Source: Bacilli bacterium (GTDB lineage: Bacteria > Bacillota_I > Bacilli_A > RF39 > UBA660). From it: a DNA stretch of 64,000 nt. The notes beneath the pieces were generated by a model. It saw nothing but the letters and a program-made list of their open reading frames with translations. It searched no databases and was not told where the DNA came from. The DNA lies in assembly GCA_900753325.1 (NCBI GenBank), contig CAADYO010000001.1, positions 66,546 to 130,545 of the forward strand. The letters run 5' to 3'. Position numbers and translations under genes: made by a program. Of this stretch, positions 38,361-49,354 are shown piece after piece (the stretch's first letter is position 1; each line of letters begins with the position of its first letter).

Positions 38361-39671
38361 TTAGACAAGACCGGCTAGGATTTCATCCATTTCTTTAACA
38401 TCTTCTTCTGTTGCCTCAGTTTTATCTAATTCTTTATTGAACCAAATTGGTAAGTCATCTTTGTTCTTATCTGATACCTTTGGCTTTGAGGTCTTAGAAT
38501 CTTTCTCCATTAACTTCTTTAATTTTTTATGCTCTTTTTCAGTTATTTTCATGGCCTCTTCTACTGTTTCTATATTTAGACGCTTCCATTGTCCCGCTAT
38601 TGTTTCAACATAGCTTTTCTTTAACTGTTGATTATTTGTTTTTAAAACATAAGATATTAAAACATTTACAACACCAGGATTTAATTTTTGATCTATTAAT
38701 AAGCTTTCTATTAGTCTTTTATCTCGTTCTGTTGGTTCTGCTCCTTTATATTTAGCTTTTAATAATTGATATGGATTTATATTTTCAAAAGTATAGACCA
38801 TTTTAGCCCATTTTGAATTGTCTCCTCTGGGCTTTTTTAAGTATTCTGGCTGTTTATTATAAATTAGTGTTGGCAAGCTACCAGCTGTTTCAAATTGATA
38901 ATATTCACGGCAACTTTTACGAAGTCTTATTTTATCAATTTGTCCCTTTTCGTTAATGGAGTCAACTACTAACCCTTTCAGATCTAAAGTGTTAAGATTG
39001 TAGGTAAAACTTAAGGCATTTATTAGTTCTTTGACATCCTTAGTAAAGGTCTTATCAGTAATTAATTCTTTTGGAATGCTTGAAATTAATAGATTAAAGT
39101 CAATTCCTTTATTAATTAATATATTATTAGAGTCTCTCTTAGTAATATCATCTTCTATTTCTAAAATAGAGCCTTTTACAGAAGTGAAAATATCGTCGAA
39201 ACTACTAGTAACATCTTCATATTCTTTTAGATTGATGCGAGGTATTTTATAATAATTTAAAAGCTTTTCATATTCTTTTTTACCAAGATTATTATAAAGT
39301 ACGACGTTTAAGATGGGATGAGTAAAGAAATCGTGGGCTGATACTGGTGAATATATTAAATATACGTAATGATTAATGCTGTCTTTTTTTAAGTAGCATT
39401 TTAGGAGACCTGCAGCTTCTAATTTCTCACGGGCTATAACTATATCTTCTAATTTCAATTGCATAGTTGCCATTAGATGATGATGAGTTAGGTCATCACT
39501 CATTACTTCTAGTTTGTCTAGGTCATCTACTAATGTAAAATAAAGAGCAACTGCTGTATGACCTATAATTGGTTGATATAACATTGTAATTAGTTTTCGA
39601 TCACTTTCATTTAAAACTGTTTTATTTACAACTGTATAAGTATCAGCTGGTAGTATTGTTATGGTATGCAT
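38361..39671 (-). CDS. Replication initiation/membrane attachment protein of the DnaB(Bsu)/DnaD family
   Basis: The 436-aa ORF has an N-terminal DDBH1-like region (ITMLYQPIIGHTAVALYFTL). Its C-terminal DDBH2-like region has a YxxxIxxxW-type motif (SYVETIAGQWKR). Confidence 0.5.
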   Translation of the reverse strand: MHTITILPADTYTVVNKTVLNESDRKLITMLYQPIIGHTAVALYFTLVDDLDKLEVMSDDLTHHHLMATMQLKLEDIVIAREKLEAAGLLKCYLKKDSINHYVYLIYSPVSAHDFFTHPILNVVLYNNLGKKEYEKLLNYYKIPRINLKEYEDVTSSFDDIFTSVKGSILEIEDDITKRDSNNILINKGIDFNLLISSIPKELITDKTFTKDVKELINALSFTYNLNTLDLKGLVVDSINEKGQIDKIRLRKSCREYYQFETAGSLPTLIYNKQPEYLKKPRGDNSKWAKMVYTFENINPYQLLKAKYKGAEPTERDKRLIESLLIDQKLNPGVVNVLISYVLKTNNQQLKKSYVETIAGQWKRLNIETVEEAMKITEKEHKKLKKLMEKDSKTSKPKVSDKNKDDLPIWFNKELDKTEATEEDVKEMDEILAGLV

Positions 39672-39729
39672 AGTTAATCACCTAGATATATAGTACAATA
39701 AATATTAAAAAAAAGAAAGTTTAACTTTC

Positions 39730-40494
39730 TTAAAAACCAAGCCAAGATATAAGAGAGGCAGGAGTTATTTTAGTGAAATAAATAAAGACAAAGGCTATTA
39801 ATAGAAATGGGCCGAAGGGAATAACCTTTTCATTATTTTTTTTCATAAGATAAATTGACATTGGTAAGGCAAATAAGCTTCCTAAAAAAACGGCTAATGT
39901 TCCTAATAGTGGATCTAACACTAGGCCAAATAAGAACATCATTTTAATGTCTCCTCCACCGAGGCTTTCTTTTTTTAATGTTTTATTACCAATAATCATA
40001 ACTAAATACATTAAAGAGAAAAGTAAAATACCTGTTCCAATATGAGTTATAGTTGATTTAATACCTACATTTAATAATTGAATTATAATGAAATAGATAC
40101 TAAAAAATATGAGAACTTCATCTGGTATTATCAAATATGTTATATCACTAACTACAACTATCATTAATAATGTTACCATACCTAGAGCAATTAATAATTC
40201 ATAGCTAAAGCCAAAACTATAATAAGCAACAGCAAAAAGTAGACCTGTAAAAAACTCCATATATGGATATAATATATCTATTTTAGAATGACAGTAACGG
40301 CAACGACCTTGTTGAATAATATAGGATATTAAAGGAATAGTCTCTTTTTTTGATAGTTCATGACTACAGCTATCACAATGAGGTTTGTTTCCAAATATTT
40401 TCTCATTTTTGGGAAGACGTAGTCCAATAATGGTAGATGATGTGCCAATTGTACTTCCTAAAATAAAAAAGATAATTAAATATAGTATTTCCAT
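39730..40494 (-). CDS. pilD: Prepilin peptidase (type IV; PilD/ComC, A24 family)
   Basis: The 254-aa ORF has an N-terminal tetra-Cys zinc motif (CDSCSHEL...CRYCHSKI), about 8 TM helices and the conserved Asp residues of the A24 family. Confidence 0.8.
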   Translation of the reverse strand: MEILYLIIFFILGSTIGTSSTIIGLRLPKNEKIFGNKPHCDSCSHELSKKETIPLISYIIQQGRCRYCHSKIDILYPYMEFFTGLLFAVAYYSFGFSYELLIALGMVTLLMIVVVSDITYLIIPDEVLIFFSIYFIIIQLLNVGIKSTITHIGTGILLFSLMYLVMIIGNKTLKKESLGGGDIKMMFLFGLVLDPLLGTLAVFLGSLFALPMSIYLMKKNNEKVIPFGPFLLIAFVFIYFTKITPASLISWLGF

Positions 40495-40514
40495 ATAATT
40501 ATCCTCCTTATTAT

Positions 40515-42059
40515 TTATTCTACTTGTGAGTAAATACTGAACATTGGTGTAACTATTGATAATAATATTATACCAACTATACCAGCCAAGAAAACAATCA
40601 TTAAAGGTTCCATTAAGCTCTTCATTTGATCGATTATAGTTTTATGCATGGCTTGGAAATGGGCTGAAACCTTTTCCATCATTAGACCTAATTGACCAGT
40701 GTTTTCACCAGTGACAATCATCTCATATGCTACTACTGGTATTGCCCATTCACCACGGAAAGCAGATGAAACTGGTTCACCTTTTGATAGGTTTTCAAGG
40801 GTTTTATCAATTATTCTTTTAAATACTTCATTGTCAGTTATTTTGGATAAGATTTCCATACTATCTGTTATGAAGACACCATGATTTAATAGTGAGGCAA
40901 ATGTTTTAGTAAAGTTAGCTATTTCATTGTAAATGATGATTTTACCAACGACTGGTATATGCATAAGAATTGTTTGAATAGCTACTTTAAAAGACTTAAC
41001 GTGTTTAAATAAATATCTAAAGACAAATATTAGAACAACTATTCCTCCTATTAAATAGATATAATAGTTCTGAATAAAACTACTGACACCTAAAACAGCT
41101 AATGTTATGGCTGGTAGTTTAGCATCATTTGATTCAAACATACTAGCAAATTGTGGTACTAAATATACTAACATGAAAACTAAAACGCCTAATGCTATAG
41201 TTAAAACAACAATTGGGTATGTCATGGCTGACTTCATTTGTTTCCTTGTTTGATTCATAGATGTATAATATTCTGACATATCATCAAGGATTGATGGCAA
41301 GTCACCTGTCATTTCAGATGTTTTTACCATGTTTATTAATAATGGTGGAAAGACTTTGCCTTGTCTTGCTAAGGCTGTTGAAAAACTTTCTCCTTTTAAT
41401 AGTTCATAAACAACTTGACCATATATTTTTTTATGAGCTGGCTTTCTAGCTTGTTTAGCTAAGATTCTTACAGAGTCAACTAATGGTATACCAGATTTAA
41501 TATATGTTGATAGCTGTGTTAAGGCAAATGATAAGTCTTCTGGTTTTAATTTTGGAGGCCCGGAAATATCAATATCCATAGCTGACTTTGGTTTTACTTC
41601 TAGGACTTTATAATCTTGGCCTTCTAGGAAATGTCTTACTTCATCTTCTGTTTCTGCATCAAAGAAACCTTTTTCTTTTTTATTCATAGAGTTTATAACT
41701 ACATAGCTATAACCTTTTAATTTATTTGTTCTTTTATCATCTTCTGTAGTTACTGGCTTTTTATTGGAATTTTCTTGATTAATTTGAGTGTTTTTGACTG
41801 GTTGTTTTTTTTCCGAATTAAGATTACTAGGTGCTTTAGTATTATTTGACACCGTAGGAACTACATTGGGATTGTTTTGACTAATAGGAGTGTTAATATT
41901 AGGATTAGCACCAGTAGCTATAGAAACATTTTGAACATTTTGAGCAATTGGAGATGCTGGTTGCTGTGGTGTTTGTACAACATTTTCTGATACCTGTTGT
42001 TGTCCATTGTTTGCAACTTCTATATTTGGATTTTTTTCCTTCTTATTAAATAATTTCAT
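40515..42059 (-). CDS. pilC: Type IV pilus/T2SS platform protein PilC (GspF family) with a Q/N/P-rich N-terminal extension
   Basis: The 514-aa ORF has two T2SSF domains and a cytoplasmic N-terminus (GYSYVVINSMNKKEKGFFDAETEDEVRHFLEGQDYKVLEV). About 110 N-terminal residues are low-complexity (QQPASPIAQNVQNVS...). Confidence 0.75.
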   Translation of the reverse strand: MKLFNKKEKNPNIEVANNGQQQVSENVVQTPQQPASPIAQNVQNVSIATGANPNINTPISQNNPNVVPTVSNNTKAPSNLNSEKKQPVKNTQINQENSNKKPVTTEDDKRTNKLKGYSYVVINSMNKKEKGFFDAETEDEVRHFLEGQDYKVLEVKPKSAMDIDISGPPKLKPEDLSFALTQLSTYIKSGIPLVDSVRILAKQARKPAHKKIYGQVVYELLKGESFSTALARQGKVFPPLLINMVKTSEMTGDLPSILDDMSEYYTSMNQTRKQMKSAMTYPIVVLTIALGVLVFMLVYLVPQFASMFESNDAKLPAITLAVLGVSSFIQNYYIYLIGGIVVLIFVFRYLFKHVKSFKVAIQTILMHIPVVGKIIIYNEIANFTKTFASLLNHGVFITDSMEILSKITDNEVFKRIIDKTLENLSKGEPVSSAFRGEWAIPVVAYEMIVTGENTGQLGLMMEKVSAHFQAMHKTIIDQMKSLMEPLMIVFLAGIVGIILLSIVTPMFSIYSQVE

Positions 42060-42201
42060 CTAATATCACCAGTTACCTTTCCATTTGATTTATCTTTTTA
42101 CTCTTATACTATTGTAATTGTAACATAGTATTTCTTTTTTGAAAATAAATTATTTAACTTTTTAGTACTTTTGACATATATTATTTGTGAAGAGGTGAAC
42201 T

Positions 42202-42489
42202 ATGTATAACTATCCTTATCCAAGACCTGGTTTATTTAGTAGGTTCTCAAGTATGGCTAAAGGATTTAGCTTTAGTTCCTTTCTGGACGGAACACAAAAA
42301 ACTCTTGGTGTAATTAATCAAGCTATACCGCTTGTATATCAAGTCAGGCCAATATTTAGAAATGCTAAAACAATGTTTAGAATAGCCGATGAACTTAAAA
42401 ATGGTGACACGGCAGAAAAAGTTGAGGCAAATAATAATGCTCAATCAAATAATTTAAGTAATACTAATAAACCAATATTTTATATATAA
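42202..42489 (+). CDS. Hypothetical small protein
   Basis: The 95-aa ORF has a GAGGTGA RBS 5 nt upstream and is followed by a strong hairpin terminator. It is convergent with tgt. Confidence 0.4.
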   Translation: MYNYPYPRPGLFSRFSSMAKGFSFSSFLDGTQKTLGVINQAIPLVYQVRPIFRNAKTMFRIADELKNGDTAEKVEANNNAQSNNLSNTNKPIFYI

Positions 42490-42490
42490 A

Positions 42491-43630
<1,140 letters not shown>

Positions 43631-43710
43631 TTACCCTCCTACTTGCTTGCTCTTATAATTATAAGTTATGTCAATATTTTTTTCAAGAAAAAGAAAATAA
43701 GGATTATTCC

Positions 43711-44211
43711 CTATTTTATGTTAGCTTTGCTGTCTTTTTCTCTGCCAATACTAGTGATTCTTCCAGATATTTCCTGGCTATTATTAGTTGAAGTTTTGAC
43801 AGTGTATGAAAATTTTTCTCCAACTTTTTTTCCATAAATACTTTTGCCAAACGGACTGTTTGAACTAATAAAATCAGATGAATTTAGGCCAACTAAATCT
43901 TCTACTAGAGTGAATTCATCTGGCTCATCATCAAAAAATGATGCTTTAAAGTAAGTGCCAATACCAATAGAGTCTGTGCTTGGAGTATCAACTATTTCAG
44001 CTTTTTCAATTATTTTTTTTAAATCATCTAGTTGTTTTCTTTCACTCTGTAAACCAAACTCAGTGATGGTATCTCCCACTCTGTAACCTAATTGGTCTTG
44101 AATAGATTCAGAGTTTCTTTCTGTAATATAAGATTCATAAGTTTGCAACGATTTATTTAATTCAACAATTTTTTCTTCAATTTTAGTTAATTGTTCTGGA
44201 ATTAGTTTCAT
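43711..44211 (-). CDS. greA: GreA/GreB-family transcription elongation factor, paralog 2
   Basis: The C-terminal FKBP-like motif is SSNSPFGKSIYGKKVGE. The start is reassigned to MKLIPEQ (ATG at 44211), 7 nt after an AAGGAGG RBS. The listed ORF began at 44241. Confidence 0.65.
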   Translation of the reverse strand: MKLIPEQLTKIEEKIVELNKSLQTYESYITERNSESIQDQLGYRVGDTITEFGLQSERKQLDDLKKIIEKAEIVDTPSTDSIGIGTYFKASFFDDEPDEFTLVEDLVGLNSSDFISSNSPFGKSIYGKKVGEKFSYTVKTSTNNSQEISGRITSIGREKDSKANIK

Positions 44212-44273
44212 TTTCATTCCTCCTTTAAGGACAAGTGCCACATATTATAACACATTTGAAAAGGGAGTTCAAG

Positions 44274-45299
44274 TTATTTAATAAACATAGCATCTCCAAA
44301 GGAGAAAAAACGATATTTCTCATTAACAGCATGAGTGTAAGCCTTTAAGATTGCCTCACGTCCGGCTAAAGCTGAGACTAGCATTATTAAGGTTGACTTT
44401 GGTAGATGGAAATTAGTAATTAAAGCATCAATTCCTTTAAATTCATAACCAGGATAGATAAATATGTCAGTCCATCCAGAACACTCTTTAAATTCACCAT
44501 ATTTTGTCATTATAGTTTCTAATGTTCTAGTACTAGTAGTGCCAACGGCTATAATACTTTTTTTAGATTTCTTGGTTTTATTTAATAAATCGGCGACATC
44601 TTTAGACATATGATAATACTCACTATGCATTTTATGCTCTTCTATTTTTTCTACATTAACTGGTCTAAATGTACCTAGTCCAACATGAAGAGTAATGTAG
44701 GCAATATTTATACCTTTGGCAGAAATTTTATCTAACAATTCTTTAGTAAAATGAAGTCCGGCTGTTGGAGCAGCGGCACTACCTACTTCTTTAGCGTAAA
44801 CTGTTTGATAACGTGATTGATCCTTTAATTTTTCATGTATGTATGGTGGTAAAGGCATTGTTCCAAGTTCTTCTAGTACTTCTAAAAAGATGCCAGAATA
44901 TGAAAATTCAAAATAACGAATTCCTTCATCTGCTTCTTTTATACATTTGGCTTTTAGTTTTCCATTACCAAATATAACAGTAGTTCCTACTTTAATACGA
45001 CGAGCTGGTTTAACAAGACATTCCCAAGTATCTTTTTCAGTATTTTTTAATAATAGTACTTCAATCACGGCTTTTGTATCTTCTTTTTCGCCAATTAAGC
45101 GTGCAGGAAGAACCTTTGTATCATTTAAAACCAAAGTGTCTCCTTCTTCTAAATAGTCAATAATATCATAAAAATGTTTATCTTCATACTCTTTTGTTTT
45201 TTTATCTAATACTAATAGTCTAGATGAATCTCTCTTTTCAAGAGGTGTTTGAGCAATTAATTCTTCTGGTAAATAATAGTCAAATTCTTCTAGTTTCAT
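44274..45299 (-). CDS. queA: S-adenosylmethionine:tRNA ribosyltransferase-isomerase
   Basis: The 341-aa ORF has an N-terminal [26 protein letters not shown], typical of QueA. Confidence 0.9.
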   Translation of the reverse strand: MKLEEFDYYLPEELIAQTPLEKRDSSRLLVLDKKTKEYEDKHFYDIIDYLEEGDTLVLNDTKVLPARLIGEKEDTKAVIEVLLLKNTEKDTWECLVKPARRIKVGTTVIFGNGKLKAKCIKEADEGIRYFEFSYSGIFLEVLEELGTMPLPPYIHEKLKDQSRYQTVYAKEVGSAAAPTAGLHFTKELLDKISAKGINIAYITLHVGLGTFRPVNVEKIEEHKMHSEYYHMSKDVADLLNKTKKSKKSIIAVGTTSTRTLETIMTKYGEFKECSGWTDIFIYPGYEFKGIDALITNFHLPKSTLIMLVSALAGREAILKAYTHAVNEKYRFFSFGDAMFIK

Positions 45300-45313
45300 T
45301 TTATCACTCCTTG

Positions 45314-46315
45314 TTAATTATTTTTTGAAATGCCTAATACTTCATAGGCTTTATCTGTTACCATACGACCGCGTGCGGTTCTTTTTAATAGACCTGTTTG
45401 TAGTAAGTATGGTTCATATACATCTTCTATTGTTGTTACTTCTTCACCAATAGAACTACTTAGTGCTTCAATTCCTACTGGCCCACCATTAAATTTATTA
45501 ATTATTGCGAGTAGAAGTTCATGATCTGTTCGATCAAGACCTAATTTATCAATCTGTAAACGTTCTAGCGCTTCATTTGTAATGGCTAAATCTATTTTAC
45601 CTGTTCCTTTTACTAAAGCAAAATCTCTTACTCTTTTAAATAACCGGTTAGCAATTCTTGGTGTTCCTCTACTTCTTTTTGCAAGTTCATAGGCGGCATC
45701 ATCATCTATTTCCATACTTAAAACCCGTGATGTTCTTTTAACGATGGCACATAATTCATCTGTTGTATAGAATTGTAATTTAGAAATTATTCCAAAACGG
45801 TCTCGTAATGGTGATGATAAGTCTCCTGCTCTAGTTGTCGCTCCTACAAGGGTAAATGGTGGCAAATCTATTTTTATGTTTCTAGAGTTACCTTCACTAC
45901 CAACTATTATATCTAGTGAGAAATCCTCCATTGCAGGATATAAGACTTCTTCAATATATCTTGGCATACGATGAATTTCATCTATAAATAAGACGTCTCC
46001 TGGCTCAAGAGATGAAAGAATGGCGGCTAAATCACCAGTTTTTTCAATACTTGGTCCAGAAGCAGTTTTAATTTTGGTACCCAACTCATGAGCAATTATA
46101 AAAGCAAGAGTTGTTTTTCCAAGCCCAGGAGGTCCATATAATAATACATGATCTAGGGCTTCATTACGCATTTTAGCAGCTTCTACAAAAACTTTGATAT
46201 TTTCCTTTACTTCTGTTTGACCAATATATTCATCAATTGTTTCAGGTCTAATTGTATTATCTATAATTTGGTCATCTACAAGTGAATATTTTTTTATAAC
46301 ACTTTCGTTTTTCAT
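45314..46315 (-). CDS. ruvB: Holliday junction branch migration helicase RuvB
   Basis: The 333-aa ORF has Walker A ([13 protein letters not shown]), AAA+ sensor motifs and a winged-helix C-terminus. Confidence 0.9.
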   Translation of the reverse strand: MKNESVIKKYSLVDDQIIDNTIRPETIDEYIGQTEVKENIKVFVEAAKMRNEALDHVLLYGPPGLGKTTLAFIIAHELGTKIKTASGPSIEKTGDLAAILSSLEPGDVLFIDEIHRMPRYIEEVLYPAMEDFSLDIIVGSEGNSRNIKIDLPPFTLVGATTRAGDLSSPLRDRFGIISKLQFYTTDELCAIVKRTSRVLSMEIDDDAAYELAKRSRGTPRIANRLFKRVRDFALVKGTGKIDLAITNEALERLQIDKLGLDRTDHELLLAIINKFNGGPVGIEALSSSIGEEVTTIEDVYEPYLLQTGLLKRTARGRMVTDKAYEVLGISKNN

Positions 46316-46329
46316 AATTTCTCCTTAAC

Positions 46330-46893
46330 TTAACGTAATAATAATTTTAGGGCTTCCTTTACTTGCTCTTCTATTGTTAGATCTTTGTTTACTTTAGGAA
46401 GAATGGCTTTTATTTCTTTATCTTTGTAACCTAAACCAAGCAATACTTCTTTTAACTCTTCAGATGTATTTAATTCATCATCTGAAATGCCAACACCAAT
46501 AAACTCTAATTTTCCTTTTAAATCTAGAATTATTTGACGAGCTAGTTTTTCTCCTATTTTAGGGAATTTTTTTAAATATAAAATATTTTCTCTTTCGATG
46601 GCATCCATAATTCCTTCAACATTTCCAACAGCCAGAATTGGTAGAGCCATTTTGCATCCTAGACCTTTGACACTAATTAGTTTTAAGAATAGTTCTTTTT
46701 CAGCTATGTTTTTAAAACCAAATAAACTATTTTCATCTTCTTTTACTTGTTGGTATACATAAACTTTATACTCTCTATTTTCTTCAAATGAATAAGGATT
46801 AGATACATAAATAAGATATCCAATACCATTATTTTCTAAAACAATAGCATTATTTTTAATGGCTGCTACTGTTCCAATTATATAATCATACAT
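46330..46893 (-). CDS. ruvA: Holliday junction DNA-binding protein RuvA
   Basis: The 187-aa ORF has an N-terminal MYDYIIGTV, HhH motifs (LISVKGLGCKMALPIL) and a position upstream of ruvB. Confidence 0.85.
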   Translation of the reverse strand: MYDYIIGTVAAIKNNAIVLENNGIGYLIYVSNPYSFEENREYKVYVYQQVKEDENSLFGFKNIAEKELFLKLISVKGLGCKMALPILAVGNVEGIMDAIERENILYLKKFPKIGEKLARQIILDLKGKLEFIGVGISDDELNTSEELKEVLLGLGYKDKEIKAILPKVNKDLTIEEQVKEALKLLLR

Positions 46894-46966
46894 AAAATCA
46901 ACTCCACACTTATTATATACTAATTTTAGAAAAGAAAAAAGAGCCTTTGAGCTCTAACTTTCAGAC

Positions 46967-47689
46967 TTAATCTTCTTTTAAATTGTAATATACATCTTGA
47001 ACGTCATCTAAATCTTCTAAGGTGTCAACTAGTCTCATAACTTTTTCTTTTCCTTCAGCATCTAGCTCTACTTCCATATTTGGAATATATGTTAATTCAC
47101 ATTCTAAAAATTCTTTTACTCCAGCTTGTTCTAAAGCTTCTTTTACAGGAACAAAATTAGTAGTATCAGTACTAATGATATATGTATTTTCAATATGTTC
47201 AAAGTCAAGAGCTCCAGCATCAAGTGAAGTCATCATCATAGTGTCTTCATCGTAATCGGCTGGTATAACAATTGATCCTCGTCTTTCAAACATATAACTT
47301 ACTGAACCATCCGTTCCAAGATTTCCTCCAGCTTTAGTAAAGGCACTACGTACTTGTGATGCTGTTCTATTTCTATTATCGGTTAAGCAATCAACCATAA
47401 AAGCTACACCGCCATGACCATAACCTTCATAGCGAACACTTTCATAATTAGCTCCATCTGTTCCACCGGCTGCTTTTTCAATAGCTTTTTGTATATTTTC
47501 TTTTGGCATATTTTGAGCTTTAGCTTTATCAACGGCTAACCTCAATGATGAATTTTGACTAGGATCCGGGCTACCTGATTTAGCAGCTACCATAATCTCT
47601 TTCGCTAATTTTTGAAAAGTTTTACCTCTAGCGGCATCTAATAGTCCTTTTTTACGATGAATTGTTGCCCATTTTGAATGTCCACTCAT
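46967..47689 (-). CDS. YebC/PmpR-family transcriptional regulator
   Basis: The 240-aa ORF starts with MSGHSKWATIHRKKG, the hallmark N-terminus of the family. Confidence 0.85.
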   Translation of the reverse strand: MSGHSKWATIHRKKGLLDAARGKTFQKLAKEIMVAAKSGSPDPSQNSSLRLAVDKAKAQNMPKENIQKAIEKAAGGTDGANYESVRYEGYGHGGVAFMVDCLTDNRNRTASQVRSAFTKAGGNLGTDGSVSYMFERRGSIVIPADYDEDTMMMTSLDAGALDFEHIENTYIISTDTTNFVPVKEALEQAGVKEFLECELTYIPNMEVELDAEGKEKVMRLVDTLEDLDDVQDVYYNLKED

Positions 47690-47797
47690 TTTTATACCTC
47701 CTCATTTCTTTTATATAATATCATAATTTTTATAATAGATAAAGCTTTTATGAATTATTTTTATATGTTATAATTTGATTGTTAGTTGGTGAAGTTT

Positions 47798-48124
47798 ATG
47801 TATATTAAAATTAATAATGTTAAATATGAAATTGTAGAATTTAGTTCAGGATGGGAAAAATTCAAAAGTTTGAAATTTGTATTAGAACCTCTTGATAAGA
47901 TAATTAAAATGAAGAAAAAGAGTTTGTCTACATATTTTTTCTGTCAACGAGTTGATGTTATTATGACCGATGCTGACAATAAAATTCTTTATATATATAA
48001 TTCTTTTAGATCAGAAAAATTTATTTTTTGGAAGAGAAAAGTCAGTTATACTTATTTGTTGCCAAATGGAGTAGCAAGTAATTTTAAAGTTAATGATAAA
48101 TTTGAAGTAAAGAAAAGAAAGTGA
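47798..48124 (+). CDS. Hypothetical protein (108 aa from the first ATG)
   Basis: The listed ORF starts at a TTG. The first ATG (MYIKINN...) is at 47798, with a TATAAT-like box at 47768-47773. It is weakly DUF192-like. Confidence 0.3.
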   Translation: MYIKINNVKYEIVEFSSGWEKFKSLKFVLEPLDKIIKMKKKSLSTYFFCQRVDVIMTDADNKILYIYNSFRSEKFIFWKRKVSYTYLLPNGVASNFKVNDKFEVKKRK

Positions 48125-48144
48125 TTTAATTTCACTTTCTTTTT

Positions 48145-49023
48145 TTATTGCATTTCTTTGAAACATAATGTTTTTTCAATTACATTTCTAACATCAGTTT
48201 CTGTAAATGGTTTACCTAACATATCAATAATTGGATATTTAAAAGCTTTTTCAATTGTTTCCTTTGTTGAGTCTCCAGAAATAATTGATACAGGCATTTC
48301 TGCAAATAATTGTTGCTCGTTCATATAATTTAAAACGGCAAATCCATCTACTTTTGGCATGTTTAAGTCGAGTAATATAGCCACTATTTGTTGATTAGAG
48401 GTATTAGCTTTAATAATGTTTAAAGCTTCTTCTCCGTCTCTTGCAAAACCTACATTATATTTTTCACTAAAGATTCTTTTTACAAAGTTGCGAATTATTG
48501 TTGAATCATCAGCTACTAGTATGGTCTTTTTTGTGTATACTTCTGCTGGTGGAAGATTTGATTGGACTGGAGCTGGTGTTGGAGCTGGTTGTGGAGCTGC
48601 TGGAGTTGGTGTTGAAGCTTCTGGTGTAGGCACAGGTGTTGTTCCTTCTCCTTCTGCATTTGACTCTGGCGAAATGTATTTTTTGACAATATTAATAGTT
48701 CTTTCAACCTCATCTATCAAAGATTGATAGTTTTCGTATACATAAAAAACGTCGCCTTCTTTACTTTTCATTTCGTGATTATAAGCAAGTTCTGCGAGCT
48801 TTGTAAAGCCAAAATATTTAGCATCACTTTTTAATGAATGAACATAAATTGCATAGTTTGGCATATCTTTTTCATCTTTATACTTTTGCAATTTAGCTAA
48901 TTTTTCTTTAGCGCTTACTAAAAACTCCCCAACAGTTTCATTGTATGTATCAATATCTCCAAATAATTCCAGACTCTTATTTACGTCTACTCCGTTTGAT
49001 ATTAAATAATTTACATCGTACAT
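48145..49023 (-). CDS. Hpt-domain / response-regulator receiver fusion protein (phosphorelay intermediate)
   Basis: The 292-aa ORF has an N-terminal Hpt motif (HSLKSDAKYFG). A P/T/A-rich linker follows. The C-terminal REC domain has DD (ADDS), a phosphoacceptor Asp (LLDLNMP) and a conserved Lys (GKP). Confidence 0.7.
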   Translation of the reverse strand: MYDVNYLISNGVDVNKSLELFGDIDTYNETVGEFLVSAKEKLAKLQKYKDEKDMPNYAIYVHSLKSDAKYFGFTKLAELAYNHEMKSKEGDVFYVYENYQSLIDEVERTINIVKKYISPESNAEGEGTTPVPTPEASTPTPAAPQPAPTPAPVQSNLPPAEVYTKKTILVADDSTIIRNFVKRIFSEKYNVGFARDGEEALNIIKANTSNQQIVAILLDLNMPKVDGFAVLNYMNEQQLFAEMPVSIISGDSTKETIEKAFKYPIIDMLGKPFTETDVRNVIEKTLCFKEMQ

Positions 49024-49132
49024 AGTATATTGTCACCTTCACATTCTTAATCTACACTATGATTATACCATATATTTGTCGTTTATCAATCGTTTTTTTC
49101 AATATAAGTATAAAATTTACACTAGAATAAAA

Positions 49133-49222
49133 GACAAATTTCAATTTGTCGTTTGGTCGTCACCAATCAAATTCCCTACTTCACAAAAATAGCGTAACCT
49201 CTATTTCCCATAGGCTCGCTGC
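49133..49222. repeat. Orphan copy of the IS200/IS605-family RE repeat (no adjacent tnpB)
   Basis: GACAAATTTCAATTTGTCgtttggtcgtcaccaatcaaattccctacttcacaaaaatagcgtaacctctatttcccataggctcgctgccgtactaatc aligns with 31678..31804 in the same orientation. It carries a perfect 8-bp stem and 2-nt loop hairpin at its outer end. Confidence 0.5.
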
Positions 49223-49354
49223 CGTACTAATCATTTTTATGATTTTTTTTAATTATTTTGATAACATATTAAACATAACATTTATTTGTTTGCTTTTTTC
49301 GACGGTTGTATTTATTATTCTACATTAAAATTAAAAAAATAATTAATTTCTTAA

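Noticed and set aside
48416-48727. Plus- and minus-strand ORFs inside the Hpt-REC gene (103-aa G/A/V-rich and 65-aa Q/L-rich)
   Set aside because: These are alternative-frame readings of the Pro/Thr/Ala linker region (CCN/ACN/GCN codons). They are embedded within a well-supported CDS.
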